A stretch of 64,000 bases of DNA from the human T2T-CHM13v2.0 reference genome, Homo sapiens, in assembly GCF_009914755.1 (NCBI RefSeq), contig NC_060928.1; one strand, given 5' to 3'. The position numbers and the translations under genes are program-made. This document shows, one piece after another, positions 55,901-64,000 of this stretch. How positions within the stretch are numbered: position 1 is the stretch's first letter; every line of letters starts with the position of its first letter. A model generated the notes under the pieces. The model was not told where the DNA came from and ran no database searches. It saw only the letters and a program-made list of their open reading frames with translations.

Positions 55901-56639
55901 ACAAATTCACTGAAATTATTATTACGCAATGATAGTAGTAACAGTGGAAAAGTGAAAACATGATTAATTTATCCAATCCCATAGTCAAATGTAAACTAAT
56001 TTCAGGAGTAAAGTTCTTGAAAACAGAGTAACAAAAAGATGCTCCCTCAGGTGAAAAAACAAGCAAAGCAAAATTAACAGGAACCGCTCCCCCCATACAC
56101 AGGCAACAACAACAATTATAACAATCACTACAGCAACAACCAAAATCAACCACAGCTTTAATGAATTTGCTTCCTTCTTATGGAGCAGAATCAGTATTTA
56201 CTAAGCAACTAATATATAATAGGAGTTTTGCTGAACTGTTTACATATATAATATTGTGACAACTAGGCAATCTTACATCATTCTACCTTGCAAATTTGCC
56301 TGAAAATACAGAATTAAAACTAGGAGGAAGCAAAATAATACTTAAATTAAGAGAAGGATCGGGAAATGGATTGTGAAAGAGAGAGAGAGCAAGAGAGAGG
56401 GAGAGAATGAGAAATTTAGAAAGAGAAAATGAAAAATGGGGTGGGGAAAAGTGAGGAGGGAAGAAGAAAGACAATGTGTGTTAAATATTTACTAAGCATC
56501 ATTCACTATTTTGAGCCCAATGCATCCCTATAGCAATATTGGAAAATATACACAAGTGTTAATATTTTATTGATTGTAAACCAGAAACTCCCGAAGGTTA
56601 AATTAGTTGGCCAAGTTCATAAATCTATGAGGAAGTCGT

Positions 56640-56903
56640 GATCATTCTGCTTATATAAGGTATCTAATATATTCAAAGGCATAGAAGCAAAGAGTAAAAT
56701 TGTTTCCAGGGGTTGGAGGGAAAGGAAAATGGAGAGTTGCTATTCAACAGGTATAACGTTTTATTCATGTACAATGGATAAGTTCTAGAAATCTGCTACA
56801 CAACATGATGCCTATAATAAACAATACTGCATTGTACACTTACGCATGTGTTAAAAGGGTAAATCTCATTCCGTTAAATGTTCCTGCTACAGTTAAACAA
56901 AAA
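56640..56903 (+). mobile_element. L1MA10/L1MB-type 3'UTR
   Basis: CTTATATAAGGTATCTAA...GGAGAGTTGCTATTCAACAGGTATA...AAGTTCTAGAAATCTGCTACACAACAT...GTTAAAAGGGTAAATCTCAT. Confidence 0.8.
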
Positions 56904-58849
56904 CTAGCTCCAGAGTGGATCTTCTCATGGCTACGTCTGAAGTGCTGGAGATTCTCTTTCCTGGTTTGTTTTGTTCAACCAGCTTTCAGGCAACGAATCG
57001 TGTAGTGGCAAATAGTCCTATTTAAGGTTTGCTATTCCTGGATGTTAGTGGAATACGGACTAGCCTGAACTAGGTGTCCCGATTAGTAGTAATTTAAGGA
57101 ATGGGAGATATTTCAGCAATTGTTGCTGTTGACCGGACCTGTGTATGCCATGGTATATCTTACTTAAAATGATGGATCAGTTAGATAAGGTCAGGTAGAG
57201 AAGACAGTTGATTCCCACAGGGTAAAATATTTCTCATCAAGAAAATGCTTCAGTGAGAAATCACTGAAGACACTGGTGGATGAACATAAAAATTTCAAAT
57301 CTGTACATTAAGAAAAAGGAACAAAAATATTGCTGGAGGCAGTTTGCAAAGAAATTACATCTGGGTGCAGTGAAGAGAATCCTAAGAGGAAAAAGGTTCA
57401 TTCAATGAGTGAGCTCTTTAGGGGAGCTGTTATTTGATTAAACGAGCTATTTATTTAAATAAAGCATGCTATAGGACTAGTTTAACCCAGGCCCTGAAGG
57501 CTCTTTTAATGGGTCTGAGGATTGCTTCTGCAAAACACATCTGAATTTTTGATCACTGCAGATTTAATCACAGAGGACAAAACTCTGTACTGCAAATCAT
57601 GCTAAGATCTGCTCAAGTAGAAAGGACATATATAAAAGAGGGCTTAAGGACTAGAAGTTCTAGCCTGGTCCTAGATGGCCTTTTCTTTATTCTGATCTTC
57701 CAGAAGATTTTAGGATAACCTGCTTTATTGAAGATTCAAGGATCTCAGAATTACTGGGAAAGTAATATTGGATTTAAATAAAACCTTCTGAGAAAGTCAC
57801 ATCAATAGGGAAGGAAAAAATAAAATCAGCTATCTCCTTGAAACTACATAGTGTCTTTGATGCGAACTTGTTTAGCTGGCTCAAAGATGGATACCACAAT
57901 AAACTAAAGTGACAGCGTAGTCAAAAATATTCAGATTAACAGTCTTGGAAATTATATTTTAATCAGAAGAGTTTAGAGGGAATTTTAGGGACAAAAGAAT
58001 GATAAAAGAGTATGTAATGAAGACTTGGTACTACAGTGTTTGAAAATGTTTAAAAATAATAATGTATAGGCCCTGCACATATGCACCTGAACTTAACATA
58101 AAGGGTTTTTGATTAAAAAAAAACTTAAAAAACAGAAATTCAGGAGATACAGAGTCATATCATGAATGTGTTTTTTTAAAATAATGGACCTATTTTAGTG
58201 ACAAGTAAAAGTTAACTGTTTTGCTAAAATATAAATACATATGTAATTAATGTTATAACCTAGTAGACTGCTCTACAGTATTTAACTTCTGACAAAAGTT
58301 ATTCTACAATTAATGGATTAGTGTAAATACATTCTCACTGGGCTTGTTTCTCAAACAGATTGGAGTCCTCCAACCCCAGTTTATTCCACACCACAGGAAA
58401 TCTACATAATTTAACTTTTTAGAAACTTGTTTTTATTTCATGAAGCTACCACAACTGAAACCTTCAGTGAGTTATGATCAAATTTGTAACATAAAACAAC
58501 CTGAGCAAGAAATGACAAGGAAAGAATGTGAGGGGTGGGGAGTGCTGTTCAAGACATTGTAAATGTTTCTTTACTCAAACTAAACAGTAAATAGCAATCC
58601 ACATCCATATGAACTCAAAGATTAGAAAGTGTATTCTTTAGAGTTTCTCCATAAATAGAGAAGCAGAAAAAATTTGAGGAAAATGAAGAGGGCACAATTA
58701 AAGTTAAAAGTAAGGAAAACCCAGATCATAGAATTTTAAAGTGTTGTCTCAATATATTACACTTTGAAATTACCTTCATTAACTAATTTCAGAATACCTA
58801 AAATCTCTCTGAAAAGAAGACACTCTGGCCACTTAAAGTATCTAATATT

Positions 58850-59152
<303 letters not shown>

Positions 59153-59592
59153 TTATATGAAATAATTAGAGACCTTTTTTTCTGAATTTTGATGTAAATA
59201 ATTATGTTTTTCATGAATTTTACATTATGCTCAAGGATTCTGTTTCTTTCTTTGCATTACTATTGCCCATAAATGAACAGCAGTCTATCTCATCAAAATA
59301 TAATTTTTCTAGGAAACTGGGCATAATTTGACATTTCTGCTTTTCTTCACTTTTTTTAGGATGTGGGAAGAAAGTTGAGAAGTGATAGATAAAGAGGGCC
59401 ATCCATGTTCCTAGATATTTTCTAATGATTGTGTTTCAAGGAGTTTGTCCCAACTAATTCATGTCACAATCTAATTAAAATATTTAATACCTTATTTCAA
59501 CCTCCTTTAGCTATTGCAACTTCCTTTAGCTATTATTTTAAGTTAGGCTTGTACATCTCAATCCATCTACCTTCTTCCCTACCTATTTGAGA

Positions 59593-59661
59593 CTCTTTCT
59601 TTCTTTCTCTTTCTTTCTTTCCTTTCTCTTCTTTCTTTCTTTCTTTCCTTTCTTTCTTTTT
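59593..59661. repeat. (TTTC)n/CT-rich tract
   Basis: Pyrimidine-only run read directly. Confidence 0.9.
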
Positions 59662-60289
59662 GTATGTAATAGGGCTTATATGTAAAGTCCATGGTGTTTT
59701 ATTGTATTTTGTGAGAGGAATAAAAAATTATATTTCTACTCCATTTTCACATAAATGAAAGTTCACACTTATTTGTAAACATCCCAACTAGCATAAAGAA
59801 TTGCCAAATATGATTTAGTTGATTTACAAATTCATAGAAAAATTAGTAATGTGCAATTTAAGACAAGGAAGTAAATGTCTATTCAGTTACTTCTGTGTTA
59901 TATATGATAAATAATTATACATTGAATAAATAGATAGGGATGTTCAATAACTGCTAAATAATGAATATTAACAGCATGGAAAAATTATAATTATAATTAT
60001 TTATCCATCAGAAATATATTATGTTTTGAGGACACTGTTTAAATGGCAATATGAATTATTGACACCTCTGGACACAGAAATCACTTCTACCCTATCTCAC
60101 GTATCTCAATCTACCTGTTACATTACCTCTAGCTTCAGCAAACATCTTCTCATCGTTGTAACTGAAAGCACTTTGACTCACTGCTTTATAATCTTTTCTT
60201 TCATTCCCTGGACTTTTGTCATAGCCCGTCCAGCATTCAATCAGGTATGTCTTAGAAATGTGAGGAAACACCTTATTTAAAAATATTTG

Positions 60290-60558
60290 AACAATGGGTG
60301 AGAGGGGCCAAAGGATAATTTCTCCTCTCTTCTATTTCTCTGGATGATCATTCTAAGGCACATTCTAGACAGATCCTGAAAAGAACCAACAACTGAACCT
60401 CAGTGGTGCACTGTGTGACTAAGTGGAGAATACACAAGTGTTGGTTTTCACTCATTCCTGTCTGACTGTCCCTAGTCTTCAACTCCTACCTGTAGAATCA
60501 CCTTCCAAATAAGCCTCGTCTCAGGCTTTGCCAGCCAGTGGCAACCCAGACAAAAGAT
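60290..60558 (+). mobile_element. ERVL LTR fragment, LTR16-family-like
   Basis: GAATCACCTTCCAAATAAGCCTCGTCTCAGGCTTTG...GGCAACCCAGACAAAAGA resembles the LTR16 3' end. Confidence 0.5.
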
Positions 60559-61154
60559 ATGTATTTCACTGAAAAAAAAAAAGATTAGAGCATAATTGTG
60601 TTTCCCATATAGAAATTAGTTTAGAAATAGATTCAAGAGCATATGTCATTTCAGCTAACTTGGAACTCAGTGGTTCTTCAAATCTTACCAGATATTGGAA
60701 TAAAAATATTCACCCAGGGCATATTATAACAGTAAAGCATTTTATAAACGTAAGGCAATTGGTTTTTTAAGTGAAAAGACAGAAACTAAATATATAGGCA
60801 CAGTAAGTGTGTAGAAAAGTAATGTCAAGTGCTTTAAGTTCCAATTCAGAAGACTGAGGATGAAGATGGAATTGAATTTCTTCAATAAACTTGGAAAAGC
60901 TGCAGAGGAAGGAATAAGTATCTAAATTGGCTATATAGTAAGATATCATATAACACATGTATATAACAAATAATATTATATGTTGTTGCAATACTAAAAC
61001 AGACTGATATAATATGGATTTCGATAAGCAGCTTTTTATATTACACTTTCCGGACACAGTGAGAATGTTGGGCACTATATCCTGAGGAACTGGAAAATCC
61101 TATATTGATGAGAACACTGATAGGTATTTAAGCAGTAAATACTTAACACACTTA

Positions 61155-61458
<304 letters not shown>

Positions 61459-62244
61459 GTTTAACATATTTAATGTTAATTTTATCTCAAGCAGTGTTTA
61501 AATTGTTATCCTTTTTCTCAAATAAATTATTGGTAAATCAAATAATTATTTTAGTAATTGCCATTTGAGAACATGTCAAAGCTTTAAATTCTTGTATGAA
61601 AGCAGAGTGAATCAAATATTTTAATATGTAAAATCCCTTGTTTTGGACACAATGCTACTTTTAAAAGAGATAATTGTAGAAAGGCAAATAAAATTTCTAC
61701 GATGCATTTTTCCTCCACAATTGTCTTTTCATGAAGGTTTTCTTATCGATGAAAATAATACTGAGGAAATGGGCTGTCAAATCTTCAGTGAAACAATACC
61801 CAATTTTGAAGTATTGTCTCTACATGTGTACTTATATTGTTAACTCTCCAAAGTACAAAACTATTTTATACTCTACTATATAGGACAGAATAGACATGCC
61901 TTTCCTTTTTTATCATTTAAATAAGTTTCAAAAATAAAATTCTCTAGGACGTTAGAAATAATTTTATGGGTATGACATTATTTTTCACTAAATTATTATA
62001 CTAGGACATTTTGGATAAGATAACTAATTTTTATGTGAATGTAAATGTGAAGTAGTAACAATTTTAGAAACTATATTTAAAAGAAAAAAAGCAGAAAGCA
62101 AAAGGTGATATCAGGTACTTCTATATTCTCATATTATCTACTTCTCCCTTAATTTACTTCTTTTCATACTGTAAATCAAAAGGACTTATTTAAGGGTCAT
62201 AATGTCAACAACTATGTGCCTGAAGTTCTAAGGTCCAATTCTTG

Positions 62245-62322
62245 CTCTCCTTTCAACTTGTAGAAAGTTGAACTCTCCTTTCAACCTGTAGAAAGTTGAA
62301 CTCTCCTTTCAACTTGTAGAAA
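62245..62322. repeat. 28-bp tandem repeat (2.8 copies) with internal palindrome
   Basis: Unit CTCTCCTTTCAACTTGTAGAAAGTTGAA at 62245, 62273 (one T>C) and 62301 (partial). Confidence 0.95.
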
Positions 62323-63799
62323 CATTTGTAGATCGTCAACCCTGCATGTTATTTTTCTCCTATAAGTTGTGAATGTAGATGTTGCATTAGCTGATTTTGT
62401 ATTGATGTTTTTCATGACTATTATTATATGATTTATAAATTTTTGTTTATTTTGAGAAAATATATCTTTTACTCCAAATTCATAAGCTTGTAATTTAATC
62501 TCTTAAAGGGAAAAACAGTCACACGACATAAATTTATAAATATCTAGCATTCAATTCAACATACTTAGACGTTGTGTTTCTTGTATTGGAATTTAGCAAT
62601 CACTATTTCCCTGAAATCATCTTGAAAAGCATATTTTTACAGATGCATGCTTTAAAATTAAAGGTCTTGAATGGCTGTTCATTGCTAATGTCATAGTGTT
62701 TATGGGTTTAAACATTACAAGCATTACAACAGTAAGCATTACAAGCGACACACTTATATAGACAGAGTTGGAAATATGCAAATATGTGGGAACTGTAAAT
62801 TGGAAACAAGTGAAGCAAGAATGGGTAAGAACTAAGTATGAGAACCCTAGCCAGGCTGGGCCTGTGGGGATGATCAGCTCACCTGGTATTACACCCAGGG
62901 AACTCAACACTTTGGGTTGTACTCAGTCTTTGTCTCCTTTCTTTTTTATGTCCTTTCTTTTTAAGCAAGTTATGGACCACTTTTTTGAAATCTTACAAAA
63001 TAACTAATTTTATTCCACTGAATGTAGAGGCTCTGAAATAACCACGACTTTTTGAAACTTAAATTCAAGAAATTTGCTCACAATATTTATTTTTTAATTC
63101 CAGCATCATAGCTTTCATGAATAGCACACAGAAGACCCAAATCTGTAAAATGTGAGAAACTGTTGCCTTAAAATATTCCCTATAATTACTCTATTTTAGA
63201 AGATTTGGATTGTTACATCTAATTTCCATAAAATACAAGAATGAAAGTGACTTTCATATTTTGCTATCAGTCAGTTTGAAACCTTTATTCACAAGATTGT
63301 ACATCATAAAGTGAGCTCAAGAGCAGAGCACAATCATTCAACTTGACAAGAAAAACAGCCAGCTCTTTCTATATTTTTAGTAATGTTTTATTTTGCTTAT
63401 TCCATCCTTAGAACTATGTAAACAGTACTACATTCTTGGAATATGTTGCGGTCATTAACACTTTGGACACTCAAATGTAGATTTAAATACAGAAATGCCA
63501 TTCAAACACTCAAAAGAATATTTTTTATTAAAGCTTTATTACCTAGATATTAAGAATAAGAATTAAGAACTTTATCAGAAACTTTAATTTTAGATTTTAG
63601 ACCTTGGTTCGATCGGCTCTTATTCTTCCATAAATTTGATGAAAATATCCTTTAGATATAGGACATGGAACTCACCTTTGACTTTCTAAGATTACTAACA
63701 AGTGTTTTCTTTTTTTTTAAGTAAACTATTAGGTGCAAATAATAATATTTAAAAAATACATATATCCACCATCGAGCTTACCAAATAAAATAACTATTG

Positions 63800-64000
63800 A
63801 TCCTTAGTGTATGCTTTTCTCATCACATTTCCCTTTAAACCCCTCAGGGGCACCAGTATCCTTAATTCTATATTTATTATTCCCTTGAGTTTTTGAAATG
63901 TTTTACTATGTGTGTACCTATCCTTTCAATTATACTGTTCAGTTTCACATGGTTTTAATATTTATTAAATTTTAATATTTAATATTTAAATGATATCACA
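63800..64000 (-). mobile_element. Ancient L1ME-like fragment
   Basis: ACCAGTATCCTTAATTC...TTTATTATTCCCTTG...TTTTACTATGTGTGTA...TATCC resembles an antisense L1ME 3' region. Confidence 0.45.

Noticed and set aside
62245-62322. CRISPR-like palindromic 28-bp direct repeats
   Set aside because: Units abut with no spacers, there are no cas genes, and the context is eukaryotic. It is a simple tandem repeat.

Overview
AT-rich, CpG-poor primate (very likely human) genomic DNA, intergenic or deep-intronic. I can recognise no intact protein-coding gene, RNA gene, CpG island or CRISPR array. Much of the window is decayed interspersed repeat: two near-full-length, divergently oriented old L1s of the same L1PA13-16-type class (about 4074-12130 on -, 43851-49860 on +, both with 5'UTR and decayed TSDs), 5'-truncated L1PA6/7-type copies, older L1M pieces, 12 Alus, ERVL/MaLR solo LTRs (MLT2A1, MLT2C/D, THE1, MLT1, LTR16-like), DNA-transposon relics (MER47, MER2, MER58, MADE1), MIR/L2 fragments and microsatellites. 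ORF-track hits are L1 ORF1/ORF2 debris, Alu translations or chance ORFs. I found no support for a new biological system. The best leads are several splice-signal-bounded candidate exons in unique sequence (possible lncRNA or microexon), a palindromic 28-bp tandem repeat, and repair or CpG-decay scars in the repeats. Family names come from recalled consensus motifs, not database searches, so subfamily calls and boundaries are approximate.
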